This document shows positions 48,879-60,117 of a stretch of DNA of 64,000 nucleotides, one piece after another. The position numbers and the translations under genes are program-made. The notes below the pieces were generated by a model. It was not told the DNA's origin and did not search any database. It saw only the letters and a list, made by a program, of their open reading frames with translations. The DNA lies in contig OZ220733.1 in assembly GCA_965116875.1 (NCBI GenBank), positions 256,001 through 320,000 on the forward strand, in the 5' to 3' direction. The number at the start of each line of letters is the position of its first letter. Position 1 is the stretch's first letter. This stretch comes from Candidatus Latescibacterota bacterium (GTDB lineage Bacteria; Latescibacterota; UBA2968; GCA-2709665).

Positions 48879-49859
48879 TCAGTTTTCGTTGACCGCCTGC
48901 AAGAGGGCGTGGATGTAGCCGTACGTATAGGCGAAGGCGACTTGAGCGGGTTCGGCGCCGGATATTCCGGGGACATGGTCGGGCATAATCATGTACTCGT
49001 AACCGACCTCATCGAACGTGCGCAGCGCTCTGAGCATTTCCACGTCCCCTTCGTCGGGAAACACCTCCACAAAGTCCCGGAAACCGCCCCGGATATTCCG
49101 AAAATGCAGATTGAAGATCTTCCTGCGCCGGCCGAACCAGCGGATAATGTCGTGAATCTCCTCGCCCGGGTTTTCAAGGCTCTCCGATATCGTTCCGAGA
49201 CAGAAATTCAGCCCGTTGTAAGGGCTGTCGTATAATTCGACGAACTTCTTGAGGCCGTCCACCATCCCCATTACACGGGCCACACCGCGGTACGTCTCGT
49301 CGCCAATCCCCGGATCGGACGGATGGCAGGCCATCTGAATGCGGTATTCTTCGGCCACCGGCATGATGCGTTCGAGCCAGTACTGAATTCGTTCCCACAT
49401 CGTATCGGCGTCGGCCGCCCCGCCTTCAAATTCCCCGATCGACTGGTCCAGCTTTGCGTATTCGAAAGAGGACAAACGCGCGCCGCCGCGACCGTAACGG
49501 GATTCGGTCCGCAGGTGACCCAATATGGTGATGTTGTAGTTGAGACCACGAAGCCCCGCCTCGGAGGCCATCCGGACGATTTCGCACAGCCGGTCGATCT
49601 GCCGGTCCCGCTCATCGCTCGGGGCAAGAAAAACGGCGCCGGCCGGGTTACTGAACGCGCTGCCCGAACTGAGCGGGATGTGAATCATCTCGAGATTGAT
49701 GCCGTGCCTGTCAAACCGTTCCCGCATCCGGATCAGCATCTCGACCGACCATTCGGTCCACGGCTCCGCGGGCGTCTGGTCCACATGGTACACGCCCAGT
49801 TGTGAAAGGACCTTTATATCCGTTTCATCACGACATCCCACCTGTGTCCCTATGTACAT
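48879..49859 (-). CDS. uxuA: Mannonate dehydratase (UxuA) family protein
   Basis: MACHPSDP, NGLNFCLGT, HFRN, DEGDVEM and PDHVP motifs. Confidence 0.8.
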   Translation of the reverse strand: MYIGTQVGCRDETDIKVLSQLGVYHVDQTPAEPWTEWSVEMLIRMRERFDRHGINLEMIHIPLSSGSAFSNPAGAVFLAPSDERDRQIDRLCEIVRMASEAGLRGLNYNITILGHLRTESRYGRGGARLSSFEYAKLDQSIGEFEGGAADADTMWERIQYWLERIMPVAEEYRIQMACHPSDPGIGDETYRGVARVMGMVDGLKKFVELYDSPYNGLNFCLGTISESLENPGEEIHDIIRWFGRRRKIFNLHFRNIRGGFRDFVEVFPDEGDVEMLRALRTFDEVGYEYMIMPDHVPGISGAEPAQVAFAYTYGYIHALLQAVNEN

Positions 49860-49911
49860 TTCCTGGGCCTCTCAATGGATTCAACCGTTCGGGTGTTGGC
49901 GTCCGCCGGGT

Positions 49912-50790
49912 TTACAGTTGACCGATCGTGGGTCTGGAGGGTAGCGCCGCCGAAAACTGGGCGACGCTTTCCCACGGTGGCTTGAGCGCGTGCCTGGACG
50001 CGACGGGCTCAGGCTGACGATAACGCACGTGCACGGTATGCCTTGGACGCCGGGTGTGCCGGACGGACCCGCAGTGGTAGCTGCAATTGTTGAACACGAT
50101 CGCCGTACCCCCACTGCCGTATATGTCGACCCGACCCTTGCGCCGGGTCAGTTCCCGTCCGAAGGCGTCCACCCAGACGGGACACGCCGGGTCGACGTAC
50201 CCTACGTCGCCGTCGTCGATTCTGAGCCGGTCCCGTGCGCCCCAGCCGCTGCTCCCGGTGTGGGTTTTCGGCAGGTTTCGCTTGGTCTCGACGCTCTCGG
50301 GTATGATACTGAAGCAGTGGGACCCGGCGTCGACGTCTTCCATATAGAAGATCACCTGCAGCGCCGGCACGAAGTATTCGTTCCGCTGGGCGCCCTCCAC
50401 GTTGCCGCTGTCTTCACGATGCCACACGCGCGTGAGACACAGCGGGTCACCGCCGTCCAGATCTTCAGGAGGCTGCACGTCGCAGGGTTCGCGCCTGAGA
50501 AACGTCAGACCTGACATGGCGGCGCCCGGACCGAGAATGCTGCGGGCGAGCGGCGCGATGGACGGATGACAGGTCAGTCTGTCCAGGGCCTCGGTCCGGT
50601 GGAGGAGTTCGGGCGCGTCGCAGCCAACGGAAAGATGACCGGACGCGGTCGGCGACGGTTCCCAGTATTCCGGGTGCGCGGACCGGTCGGCTGCGATTCC
50701 GTCGTTAACCTCCGCGACCTCCTCATCCGTCAATGCGTCGGGCACGACGACGTAGCCGTTTTCCGCGAAGAACTCGAGTATTTCTTTCAT
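49912..50790 (-). CDS. Phytanoyl-CoA dioxygenase family protein
   Basis: FFAENGYVVVPDAL, WHRE, IPES and distal HCG. Confidence 0.8.
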   Translation of the reverse strand: MKEILEFFAENGYVVVPDALTDEEVAEVNDGIAADRSAHPEYWEPSPTASGHLSVGCDAPELLHRTEALDRLTCHPSIAPLARSILGPGAAMSGLTFLRREPCDVQPPEDLDGGDPLCLTRVWHREDSGNVEGAQRNEYFVPALQVIFYMEDVDAGSHCFSIIPESVETKRNLPKTHTGSSGWGARDRLRIDDGDVGYVDPACPVWVDAFGRELTRRKGRVDIYGSGGTAIVFNNCSYHCGSVRHTRRPRHTVHVRYRQPEPVASRHALKPPWESVAQFSAALPSRPTIGQL

Positions 50791-51205
50791 GCTATTTCTC
50801 CTTCTGCCATCGGTTATGCAGGCAGGAACGCCTCGGCCAGCAGACAATTAGCAACCAACGCGCCACAAAAGTCAAGTCAAATTCCGCCGTTGGCGCTGCC
50901 GTGCGCGAGGGTGTTGCCGGGCGGCATGGCGATAGATATATTATGCCGTCGCCCGACCCGGCAAACCGGCATCTTCAACATATCCCGGAAGACCGGTTTA
51001 CAGCAGGCGCTCAAAGTGACCGGAGAAACAAAAAGCCGCGCACCCGCGGCAGGTCATTTTGAACGACCTCAATACTCCGTTTTCGCAACGCCACCTTCTG
51101 TGCTTTTTGTGGTAAATTAACGGTTGTCTTCTTTCGCATTGAGGCTAATTCAGGACAGCGACGCACGCGATGCCGAACGCCGGAACCCTAAAGAAAGGAC
51201 TCCCG

Positions 51206-52768
51206 ATGTCCAAACTCCGGGATGTCAACACGACCGATATTGTAGACGCCATCCGTCTGGGCTGCCGTACCATGTGCAACGTGTTCAACGCGGATGACGA
51301 CAACGTCCCCTTCTTCGGTTCCAGGGTACTCCCGGAAGCCCGGTTAAGCTTCAGTCCCGTCCATTCCGAGTCCCACGTTCCCGGTCGCCACCTCAACGCG
51401 TTGCTCAACGCCGAAAACGCAATCGGGATCGAACTGGACGAACGCTGCATTGACAACCACGCCAGCGCCGCCTTTCTGGCTTACAGCGGTCCGGTTGCCC
51501 TGCCGATCAACCGGGACGGTGTTGGCGGACCACGAGTCAACTTCACGCCGCACAACTGCCGGGAAGGATTTCATGCGTTGTATCCACTGGTACGTTTCCG
51601 GCACTCCGAACGCGCCCGCGAGATCGCGGAAGCCAGCATCCGCGAGATTCCGAAGCACTGGAATCCGGTTAACGGCTGGGATTACGACGTCCTGGAGGGC
51701 AAACTGGGACTCCGGGTCCATCGCTCCACCTTTGTCGTGGGGCTCGGACGATCCATCGGGCCGCTCGTGAAGTACTACAGGGCGACGGGGTACGGCGCCG
51801 CACTCGACCTGGCCCTGGTCCTTAAGGACAAAGCGCTGGAGTATTTCAATGAAAACGGCGACTACGATCGGGAGACCTTCGGGGCGCATACCCACTCCAC
51901 GACGTGCGTAATGTCTTCCCTGGCCCAGTTGGCCGAACTGACGTCGGACGGCCCCGTCATGAACCGTGTGAAAGCCTTCTACGACAACGGCCTCCGAGAG
52001 TTCAGCGATCCGCTCGGCTGGGTCATCGAGAACAGCGGTGACGAGGCGCCCGCCGACCGGGGAGAAATCAACAACTCGGGCGACATTCTCGAAACCGCGC
52101 TGATCCTGGGCAGGTGGGGATATGCCGGGTATTACGACGACGCCGAACGCATCCTGCGGTGCCACATTCTGCCTTCCCAACTGCGCGACGTTTCATTTAT
52201 CCACGATCCACCCGATCCCGGCGGCGATGACGGCAAACGGGACGTGGCCAACCGGCACCTGGGCGCTTTCGGTTTTCCGGCCCCCTACGGCCACCATCCG
52301 ATCGGCATGGAAACCGTGAGCTTCAACATGGACATCGTGGGGGGAGGGGTGGGCTCACTCTGCGAAGCGCACCGGGCGGTGGCGTTCAGTGACGAAGCGG
52401 GCCACCGTGTCAACCTGCTCTTCGACCACGAAACCCCGTCCATGAAAATTGAATCTCCCTATACGCATCCGGCGCTGCGCGTGAGGGTAAAGCGCGCCGG
52501 GCCGCTGTGGGTGCGCGTCCCTTCCTGGATGGAAGCGTCGAAGATCCGCATCCGGGGCGCGCGGGATGCGCTGCGCGAGGCGAACGGATATCTCTACGTC
52601 GCCCGTCCCCCGCTCAACCGTCCGATCACGTTCGAGTTCCCGCTCATCGAAAGGGAAATCGTCCTGCGTCACCGTACCCGGCGGATACGCGTCAGGCTGC
52701 GGGGAGACGAAGTGGCGGCGATGGACAACTTCGGCGCGGATCTGACGTTTTTCGAACCGTACGAATAA
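51206..52768 (+). CDS. Hypothetical protein, possibly GH127-like (alpha/alpha)6-barrel hydrolase
   Basis: Long ORF with RBS AAAGGA, YYDDAERILRCH..SQ and LWVRVPSW. The family assignment is weak. Confidence 0.55.
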   Translation: MSKLRDVNTTDIVDAIRLGCRTMCNVFNADDDNVPFFGSRVLPEARLSFSPVHSESHVPGRHLNALLNAENAIGIELDERCIDNHASAAFLAYSGPVALPINRDGVGGPRVNFTPHNCREGFHALYPLVRFRHSERAREIAEASIREIPKHWNPVNGWDYDVLEGKLGLRVHRSTFVVGLGRSIGPLVKYYRATGYGAALDLALVLKDKALEYFNENGDYDRETFGAHTHSTTCVMSSLAQLAELTSDGPVMNRVKAFYDNGLREFSDPLGWVIENSGDEAPADRGEINNSGDILETALILGRWGYAGYYDDAERILRCHILPSQLRDVSFIHDPPDPGGDDGKRDVANRHLGAFGFPAPYGHHPIGMETVSFNMDIVGGGVGSLCEAHRAVAFSDEAGHRVNLLFDHETPSMKIESPYTHPALRVRVKRAGPLWVRVPSWMEASKIRIRGARDALREANGYLYVARPPLNRPITFEFPLIEREIVLRHRTRRIRVRLRGDEVAAMDNFGADLTFFEPYE

Positions 52769-52856
52769 CCCGTCACGACGTCGACGAAAGACGACGATGA
52801 TAACCGCGTCAATCAGCAAGGTACGCACAGCGTCGAGCCACTGAAAGGAGCCGGGA

Positions 52857-53951
52857 TTGAAGATTACCCACGTCGAGGCCACCCCGATCCGCGTACCCCG
52901 ACCGCAGGCCTTTACCAGCAGTCTCGGGCGAAGCCAGGAAACCGAAAACGCGATCGTTGAGATCCGGACGGACGAAGGCATTACCGGAATCGGCGAAATC
53001 TGCAGCATCTGGGACCGCAAGGGCCGAGGTCAGGCCGAAGATATCAACGACCTGCTGGCAGGCGTCCTCACGGGACGGGACCCGTTCCGCATCGCGGAAA
53101 TCCACGCCCTGATGAACAGCCTGCTGCACCGCTCCGAACCCGCGAAGGCCGGCGTGGACATGGCCCTCTACGACATCGTCGGCAAGGCGCTGGACACCCC
53201 GGTTTACAACCTGCTGGGCGGCCTGGTCAGGAACCGTGTTCTGCTCAGCCATTCCCTTTCCATGGGCGAACCGGAAGAGATCGCCGAACAGGCGGCGTCT
53301 CTCGCCGGGCAGGGGTACAGAACGCTGAAGGCCAAGATCGGCATGGATCCGGAAGCGGATCTTGCCACCGTCGAGGCGGTCCGTGAACGCGTGGGGAACG
53401 ACGTCGTTCTGCGCGTGGACGCCAACATGGGCTGGCGCAATGCCAAAGAGGCCGTGCGCAACATCAGGTCCCTCGAGCCCTGCCGCATCGAACTGGTGGA
53501 ACAACCCCTTCACTTCAGCGACCTGGAGGGCCTGCGGCACATCAGGGATCACGTGGACACGCCCATCATGGCCGACGAAAGCGTCTGGACGCCCACCGAC
53601 GCCATGGCGTGCATCAGGGCCGGCGCCGTTGACGTCTTCAATGTCTACGTGGCCGAAGCCGGCGGCATTTACCCCGCCGCACAGATCTTCGCCATTGCCG
53701 AAGCCGTCCGCCTGCCGTGCATCATCGGCAGCATGCCCGAACTCGGCATCGGGACGTCCGCACAGGCCCATCTCGCCTTCGCCATGCGAAACCTGGGTTA
53801 TGCCAGCGACGTCAACGGCTTTGTCTATCACGCGGACGACGTCATCGTCGAAACCCTGCAAATCGAGGACGGTCATCTTCTACCGCCCCCCGGACCGGGG
53901 CTGGGCGTAAATCCGGACCGGGACAAGATCGACCGGTACCGCATCGCGTGA
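52857..53951 (+). CDS. Mandelate racemase/muconate cycloisomerase (enolase superfamily) enzyme
   Basis: DMALYDI.GKA, KAK, RVDAN, EQP, ADES and GPGLG motifs. Confidence 0.92.
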   Translation: MKITHVEATPIRVPRPQAFTSSLGRSQETENAIVEIRTDEGITGIGEICSIWDRKGRGQAEDINDLLAGVLTGRDPFRIAEIHALMNSLLHRSEPAKAGVDMALYDIVGKALDTPVYNLLGGLVRNRVLLSHSLSMGEPEEIAEQAASLAGQGYRTLKAKIGMDPEADLATVEAVRERVGNDVVLRVDANMGWRNAKEAVRNIRSLEPCRIELVEQPLHFSDLEGLRHIRDHVDTPIMADESVWTPTDAMACIRAGAVDVFNVYVAEAGGIYPAAQIFAIAEAVRLPCIIGSMPELGIGTSAQAHLAFAMRNLGYASDVNGFVYHADDVIVETLQIEDGHLLPPPGPGLGVNPDRDKIDRYRIA

Positions 53952-53991
53952 ATCCGGCTGCGAAGTCCCCATTCATCCAACGGAGAAACTC

Positions 53992-55326
53992 ATGTCTACC
54001 GCCAGAGCCGGGTGGGCGGAAATTGAAACCACGCCGCCGCTCGGATTGCCCATGGGAGGGCGCGGCCCTCGCTTCACACCCGGAAGAGAAATCCTCGACC
54101 CACTCTTCGCGCAGGCCACCGTCCTGGAAGATGCCGAAGGCAGGCGTACACTCTGGATCTCCGTGGACCTTATCGGGCTTGCGCCGGTTGTCGCCGAACC
54201 TCTCAGGTATGACCTTTCCGCGCTCACCGGCATTCCGCTCGAAGCCGTCATCCTGAATTATTCTCACACCCACAGCGGTCCGATGGGCGGCTTCGAAGGC
54301 TATGCCACCCGATTGCCCAAACCGCGCGAACTCCACGCGTACGACGAGTCCCTGTGCCGAAACATCATTCAAGTCGCGCTTGCGGCGATGCATAACCTGC
54401 AGCCGGTTACGGTGACCGAATTCCGGGGAGAGTCGGCGGTAGGCATCAACCGTCGCCGAAAGGGCCCGTCAGGAGAGATGGGAATGGGTCCCAATCCGGA
54501 CGGAGCGCACAACCCGGACCTGTGGCTGCTCGACGTTGCCGCGCTGGAAGGCGGCGACCGGTGCGTGGTTTTCAGCTACGGATGTCACCCGGTGATCGTC
54601 TACGGCTACGCCTGGGACGGCATCTCGGCCGACTATCCGGGCGTATGCCGAAATGTGCTCAGATCCGAACTCGGCGCAAACGTCCAGTGCCAGTTCATCC
54701 AGGGCCTGGCCGGCAACGTCAGACCCCGTGCCCTGGCGGATCTGAGCCGTGGCAGGTTCCGAAAATCAACGCCCGCCGACACGGTTGCCGCAGGAACGAA
54801 ACTTGCCCGCGACGTTGCACGGACGCTTCGCGGCAAAGGCGGGAAGCTGGACCTCGACATCGCCGCGGCACAGGGTCGATTCCTCGCACCGCGCGATCAG
54901 GCGAAAATACCGCCCGCCGACCACTGGCGAACGCTGTCGGATTCGAATGACGAACTCAGCCGGAATCTGGGTAGCTACTGGGTCGAGCGGCTCGACAGCG
55001 GTATTCCGCCGGTGAAGGCGGTGCCCTGGCCCGTCGGCCTGATCCGCCTTGCCCGGGGGCGCCGGATCGCATGGATTGCCGGGGAGGTTCTCGCCGAATG
55101 GCTTGACCTCGTGAGAGACTGGCTTGACGACCCGGACCTGATCGCCTGGGGCTACTGCCAGGAAGGACGCGGTTATCTTCCTACCGACGAACTCCTGCCC
55201 GAAGGAGGTTACGAAGTGGACCGCGCCAACACGTACACGACCACCGGTCCGGGTCCCTTCGCCGAAGGACTCAACGCGTCGGCCCGCCAGACTTTTCTGT
55301 CGCTCGCCCGTCAACTCCAGGTCTGA
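53992..55326 (+). CDS. Neutral/alkaline ceramidase N-terminal-domain family hydrolase
   Basis: SHTHSGP, NRR, YGCHP, SADYPG and YLP..EGGYE motifs. Confidence 0.8.
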   Translation: MSTARAGWAEIETTPPLGLPMGGRGPRFTPGREILDPLFAQATVLEDAEGRRTLWISVDLIGLAPVVAEPLRYDLSALTGIPLEAVILNYSHTHSGPMGGFEGYATRLPKPRELHAYDESLCRNIIQVALAAMHNLQPVTVTEFRGESAVGINRRRKGPSGEMGMGPNPDGAHNPDLWLLDVAALEGGDRCVVFSYGCHPVIVYGYAWDGISADYPGVCRNVLRSELGANVQCQFIQGLAGNVRPRALADLSRGRFRKSTPADTVAAGTKLARDVARTLRGKGGKLDLDIAAAQGRFLAPRDQAKIPPADHWRTLSDSNDELSRNLGSYWVERLDSGIPPVKAVPWPVGLIRLARGRRIAWIAGEVLAEWLDLVRDWLDDPDLIAWGYCQEGRGYLPTDELLPEGGYEVDRANTYTTTGPGPFAEGLNASARQTFLSLARQLQV

Positions 55327-55405
55327 CGCGCCACCGGCAAGGACTCCGAAGTGCGTGTATCACCATTCATTCCCGCAGTCGTATACCCCTGAAGACACCG
55401 TCGAT

Positions 55406-57103
55406 ATGCCCGCAAATTGGCGCGACATGGCCGCCGCACCCTTTGAGGTACAGAAGCAGCCGGCAACCGGATCACGCGGCGTTGTTGCGGCCAACCACCC
55501 CATCGGCTCGGCAGCGGGTGCGCAGATGTTCGCCCTGGGCGGGAACGCCATCGACGCGGCGGTGGCGGCGCTCTTTGCCCTCAACGTCGTCGAGCCCCAG
55601 ATGGTGGGCCTCTACGGCGCGGGATGGATCAACATTCGCCTCGCCGACGGGACCCCCGTCATCCTCGACACCTATGCCTGTGCGCCCGCCGCGGCAACGC
55701 CAGACATGTATTCACCCGTCTCCGACACCTGGCCGGACTACATGCGGGTCGAAGACGATGCCAACAGGACCGGCCCGCTGGCCGTCGGCGTTCCGGGCGC
55801 GCTGAAGGGCTGGTGCGAGGCGCTCGCGCGATGGGGCGATCTGGACCTGAAGACCGTCATTCAACCCGCAATCCAGGTTGCCGAAAACGGCTTTCCCGTC
55901 AGCCGGTATCTGGCGGAGTCCGTGGCGCAGAATCGGCGGTATCTGAGCGGGTTTTCTGAGTCTGCCCGCATATTTCTTCCCGGCGGACGCCCGCTTGCCG
56001 AGGGTACCCGTCTGGTGCAACCCGATCTCGCCGCGTCCCTGCGCGACGTCGCGGATGGCGGGTCGGACGTACTCTACAAGGGCCCTCTCGGGGCGAAGGT
56101 CGTCGACCACGTCCAGGAATGCGGCGGCATTCTCACCATGGAAGATATGGGCGCCTATCGTGCGGTGCGGCGCAGAGCCATCCGGGGAAACTACCGGGGG
56201 TATGAACTCGCTGTGCCGTCTCCGCCCTGCTCCGGCGGCGTCCACGTCCTTCAGATCCTCAATCTGCTGGAAGGATTCAACGTCACGGAACTCGGATTCG
56301 GCACGGCGGACGGCATCCACGTCCTCGCCGAATGCTTCAAAATTGCCTTCGCCGACCGCACGAGTTGCATGGGCGACCCCGAGCAAATCGACGTACCGGT
56401 CGAATGGCTTACGTCGAAGACCTACGGTGCGCAACGACGCGCGGAGATCCGTCTCGCGGAAGCGGCCCCTATGGACCCGGGCATCCCGCCTTCAGCCGAA
56501 TCCGCCTGTACCACCCACGTGACCACCGCGGACGCGGCAGGCAACGTGGCGGCGATGACTCAGACCATCAATGAGGGATTCGGTTGTAAGGTCATTGCCC
56601 CGGGAACGGGTCTGCTGCTCAACAACACAATGGCCCTCTTCGACCCTCACCCGGGGATGGCCAACTCAGTCGGCCCAAAACGGCGGATGCTCAGCAGCAA
56701 CGCGCCCACCATTGTAACCAGAAACGGCGACCCCTGTTTCGCGCTGGGCACGCCCGGCGGCGTGCGCATCTTTCCCGCGGTCGTACAGGCGCTGGTCAAC
56801 CTCATCGACCACGGAATGACCCTGCAGGAAGCGGTTGAAGCCCCCAGGATCTGGACCCAGGGCCAGGAGCTGGAAGTCGAACCCGCGATCCCGGAGATCG
56901 TACGGACCCGGCTCAACCACCGGGGCCACGACATTCGCGAGGTTGACACCGTGGCCGGCGGGATGAACGGCATCGTCTGCGATCGCGCCGCCGGGACGAT
57001 CACGGCCGCCGCATGCTGGCGCGCCGACGGGTCTCCCGTTGCCGTCGCAGGCGGGCCGGCACGGCCCGGTATCCGGTTCAGACCGGCCGCCGGCCGCACG
57101 TAA
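55406..57103 (+). CDS. ggt: Gamma-glutamyltransferase
   Basis: GGNAIDAA, VGVPG, catalytic TTH, LLNNTM, KRRMLSSNAPT and GTPGG motifs. Confidence 0.92.
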   Translation: MPANWRDMAAAPFEVQKQPATGSRGVVAANHPIGSAAGAQMFALGGNAIDAAVAALFALNVVEPQMVGLYGAGWINIRLADGTPVILDTYACAPAAATPDMYSPVSDTWPDYMRVEDDANRTGPLAVGVPGALKGWCEALARWGDLDLKTVIQPAIQVAENGFPVSRYLAESVAQNRRYLSGFSESARIFLPGGRPLAEGTRLVQPDLAASLRDVADGGSDVLYKGPLGAKVVDHVQECGGILTMEDMGAYRAVRRRAIRGNYRGYELAVPSPPCSGGVHVLQILNLLEGFNVTELGFGTADGIHVLAECFKIAFADRTSCMGDPEQIDVPVEWLTSKTYGAQRRAEIRLAEAAPMDPGIPPSAESACTTHVTTADAAGNVAAMTQTINEGFGCKVIAPGTGLLLNNTMALFDPHPGMANSVGPKRRMLSSNAPTIVTRNGDPCFALGTPGGVRIFPAVVQALVNLIDHGMTLQEAVEAPRIWTQGQELEVEPAIPEIVRTRLNHRGHDIREVDTVAGGMNGIVCDRAAGTITAAACWRADGSPVAVAGGPARPGIRFRPAAGRT

Positions 57104-57215
57104 CATCGGGCATCGTGTCAATTCCCCGCCTCCGAACCCGGAAAGCCGCGGTTCCGGCGCCCGCAAGATCGCGTCAATCAATCCTCTGGAAGTTGAACGG
57201 GGAGATCCTTGCGTC

Positions 57216-59975
57216 ATGAATGACTGGCTGGAAACCTGGCACGGCGAATTCGATATCCCGGAGATGCTGGACCCCGGCCGGTGGCAACAATACCGGACTC
57301 ACGTCCGCCATCCCGCGACCATCTTTTCACGGAGCGATATCGGCCGCGCCAGGGAAAACGTCTCCGCCCGGCCGTGGGCGCTAACAGCCCTGGAAGCGCT
57401 TCTGAATAGAGTCGCTGCCGCCGGGACGGTCTCGCCGGAGTGGGCGCGAGTTTATGTACCGTCGACGACGCCCTACTCACCCCATTTTACCATGTGTCCA
57501 AAGTGCGAGTTTGCGCCCATGCACGGCGCGTACGACTGGAATCCGGGTGATCCGGAACACATCCGGTGCAAGGGTTGCCGCACCGTATTTCCAAACGACG
57601 AGTATCCCGAAGACGTGGTGTTCGAAAGCCGCTTCGACCCCAGGCAGAAAATCACCCTGTACGGCGGCCGGTCGTGGCAGGCCTACGGATATGCGGCCAT
57701 CCACTCCAGCTTCTCCGGGCATGCTCGCATCCACCGGTGCCGGCACGCGGCGAACACGGCCGAAGACCTGGCGCTGGCCTACGCGCTGACGGGAAAAAGG
57801 GACTACGCGTTTGGCGCCGCGAATATCCTGAAACGGTTTGCCGACGTCCATCCCGCGTATCTTGTACATTCCTCGTACGGCGACATTGCGGATTTCGATC
57901 CGAAGGTCGCAGCGACTCGGGTCGACAATCTGCCCGAAGACGAGTGGTGTCCGCCGGGCAATGTACCGAACCGAAAACTCCATCCCGGATACTGGGCCGC
58001 ACTGCGCTGGGGCTCCTCCGGAGGGATGGAGGGCACTTCACTTCAAAAACTCATCCTCGCCTACGATCTGGTCGCTGAAACCCTGTCAGACGCGGAAAAA
58101 CGGCATGTCGAGCATGACCTGCTCCTCGACGCGGCCGTAATGCTCTACTCGGACGATGTCATCAACAACAAAACGGGGATGAACCGCTGCGCCGTCGGCC
58201 TGATCGGAATCGTCTGCGGCGACCCGCTGCTGGTCCGTTTCGGCCTGGACGGCTTTGTGAGGGCCGTGCGGGACTGGTGGCTGCCCGATGGCGGAACACC
58301 GGAGTCCATCGGATACGCCGGTATGATGTTGTCCGGTATCTGGCGCATCGCAGAGGCCCTCAAACGCTATTCGGATCCGGCCGGCGTGGAGCTTCCGCCG
58401 GCTCGTCTGGACCGCGTGGACCTTTACACGTGGCCGCGCTACCGGGCGGTCTGGCAGAACATGGCCCGTCCCCTTCTGCCGGACCTGAACTATCCCCTGC
58501 TGGCCGACAACCGGCTTCCGTGCCACCTTTCCGCCATGTTTTCCGATATCCTCGCACGCAATTATCCGTCGGAAAACCACCGAATGCTTCAACGGGACAT
58601 CGCCGGGAAGGAACGGTGCTATGCCGGCCGCATCGCACAGTTCTGGTACGGCGGCAACCTGGACACCGCGGCCGCCTTTTACCGGCAGCCCTCCGCACCG
58701 CCGGAACAGCCGCCCCGGTTCAACGACGATCTCGGGCCCCACCTGAATATTGGTACCCAGCGCACTGGACACAGGGGGAACGGCAGCGCCGTCATCCTGT
58801 ACGGCGCGGACTTCAAGGGCCACCATCACCACGACCACCTCAATCTCTACTACTGGAAGGACGGTCGTGAACTGCTTACCGACCTCGGCTACCTGTGGGA
58901 TATGGAAGACCTCCGTTACGGCGTGAACCGTACCCTCGCTCACAATCTGGTGGTGGTTGACGGTGAAGAACAGGGAACCCGCGGCCGCCGGGCGACCTTT
59001 CACCTCTTTTCGGCAGGTCCGCGCGCGAAGGTGATGGAGGCCTCTTCCAACGTCTATCCGGACGCCTCGGTCTACCGCCGGACAATCGCCACCGTCGGCG
59101 GCGGACGGGATGAATACATCGTGGACGTCTTCCGCGTTGTGGGCGGCGGCCGGCACGACTGGGTCATGCACGGACCCGACCGCTCCCTTACGCTCTCCGG
59201 CATACGTACCGATTCAACAGACAAGGACATTTTCGACCTCACGCAAATACGCAACGGCCAGTCAGCATCACCCTGGTCTGCCGTGTGGTCGCCCGGCGAC
59301 GGGACGCCTTTCCGTGTACATTTCCCCGCGAACGAAGCGGAGCGGGTCTTTGTCGGCGAGGGGTTCGGGCAGCGCAAAGCCCGCGACATGGGCGCCACCG
59401 TACCTTACGTCGTGCGCCGAAGATACGACGGCGCCAGTACCTTCGTTACGGTGTATTCTGCTGGTGACGCCGTCAGGTCCGTGCGCGTCTCCTACCTGAA
59501 TCAGACCACCCTGGGCACGGTGGTTGAGGTTACCACGAACGCCGGGAAAGACACACTGATCAGCGCCGGCTGCGGACAGACACCTGAAGTTATTCGGCAC
59601 GACGAGCAACAGACGAGTTTCCATGGCCGGTTCGGTTTCATCTCGGGTGATCACGCCTGGCTGGTGGGAGGCACCCGTCTGCATCACGGTGATATCTCCC
59701 TCGAATACGACGTCGAGGCGCTGTCCGGTCCCGTTCTGGAAACCTTCGTGACCGACGGCGAATCCGGCCTCGTAACCAGCGGCGAAGCGACCGGGTTGCG
59801 TGAACTGGAGGGCAGACACGTCTTCGTCACCGACAGCCGCCGGATGACGCGTGCTTATCCGGTCCTCGAGTTGACCGAATCCGCAGGCAGGCCCGTGCTT
59901 GTCACTCGCCGAGGCGACAGAGGCTACGATATCCGCGCCGGAGAGACGTGGATGGCGTGGTCCGAGACCTCCTGA
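57216..59975 (+). CDS. Heparinase II/III-like lyase with Cys-rich insert
   Basis: CPKC..CKGC, DGGTPESIGY, HHHHDHLNL..LLTDLGY and AHNLVVVD motifs. Confidence 0.8.
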   Translation: MNDWLETWHGEFDIPEMLDPGRWQQYRTHVRHPATIFSRSDIGRARENVSARPWALTALEALLNRVAAAGTVSPEWARVYVPSTTPYSPHFTMCPKCEFAPMHGAYDWNPGDPEHIRCKGCRTVFPNDEYPEDVVFESRFDPRQKITLYGGRSWQAYGYAAIHSSFSGHARIHRCRHAANTAEDLALAYALTGKRDYAFGAANILKRFADVHPAYLVHSSYGDIADFDPKVAATRVDNLPEDEWCPPGNVPNRKLHPGYWAALRWGSSGGMEGTSLQKLILAYDLVAETLSDAEKRHVEHDLLLDAAVMLYSDDVINNKTGMNRCAVGLIGIVCGDPLLVRFGLDGFVRAVRDWWLPDGGTPESIGYAGMMLSGIWRIAEALKRYSDPAGVELPPARLDRVDLYTWPRYRAVWQNMARPLLPDLNYPLLADNRLPCHLSAMFSDILARNYPSENHRMLQRDIAGKERCYAGRIAQFWYGGNLDTAAAFYRQPSAPPEQPPRFNDDLGPHLNIGTQRTGHRGNGSAVILYGADFKGHHHHDHLNLYYWKDGRELLTDLGYLWDMEDLRYGVNRTLAHNLVVVDGEEQGTRGRRATFHLFSAGPRAKVMEASSNVYPDASVYRRTIATVGGGRDEYIVDVFRVVGGGRHDWVMHGPDRSLTLSGIRTDSTDKDIFDLTQIRNGQSASPWSAVWSPGDGTPFRVHFPANEAERVFVGEGFGQRKARDMGATVPYVVRRRYDGASTFVTVYSAGDAVRSVRVSYLNQTTLGTVVEVTTNAGKDTLISAGCGQTPEVIRHDEQQTSFHGRFGFISGDHAWLVGGTRLHHGDISLEYDVEALSGPVLETFVTDGESGLVTSGEATGLRELEGRHVFVTDSRRMTRAYPVLELTESAGRPVLVTRRGDRGYDIRAGETWMAWSETS

Positions 59976-60117
59976 CCTCCGCCGCGGGCCGTCGAGGCAA
60001 CGTGCCGGAAATGGCTGGAGGGCACGCCGCGCCGATTCCGGGAACTCCGAACCTGCAGGAGCGTCTCAAGGTTATCCACTGCTATTTTCCCACCATCTTC
60101 CGCCGGAGACCCTGGCG

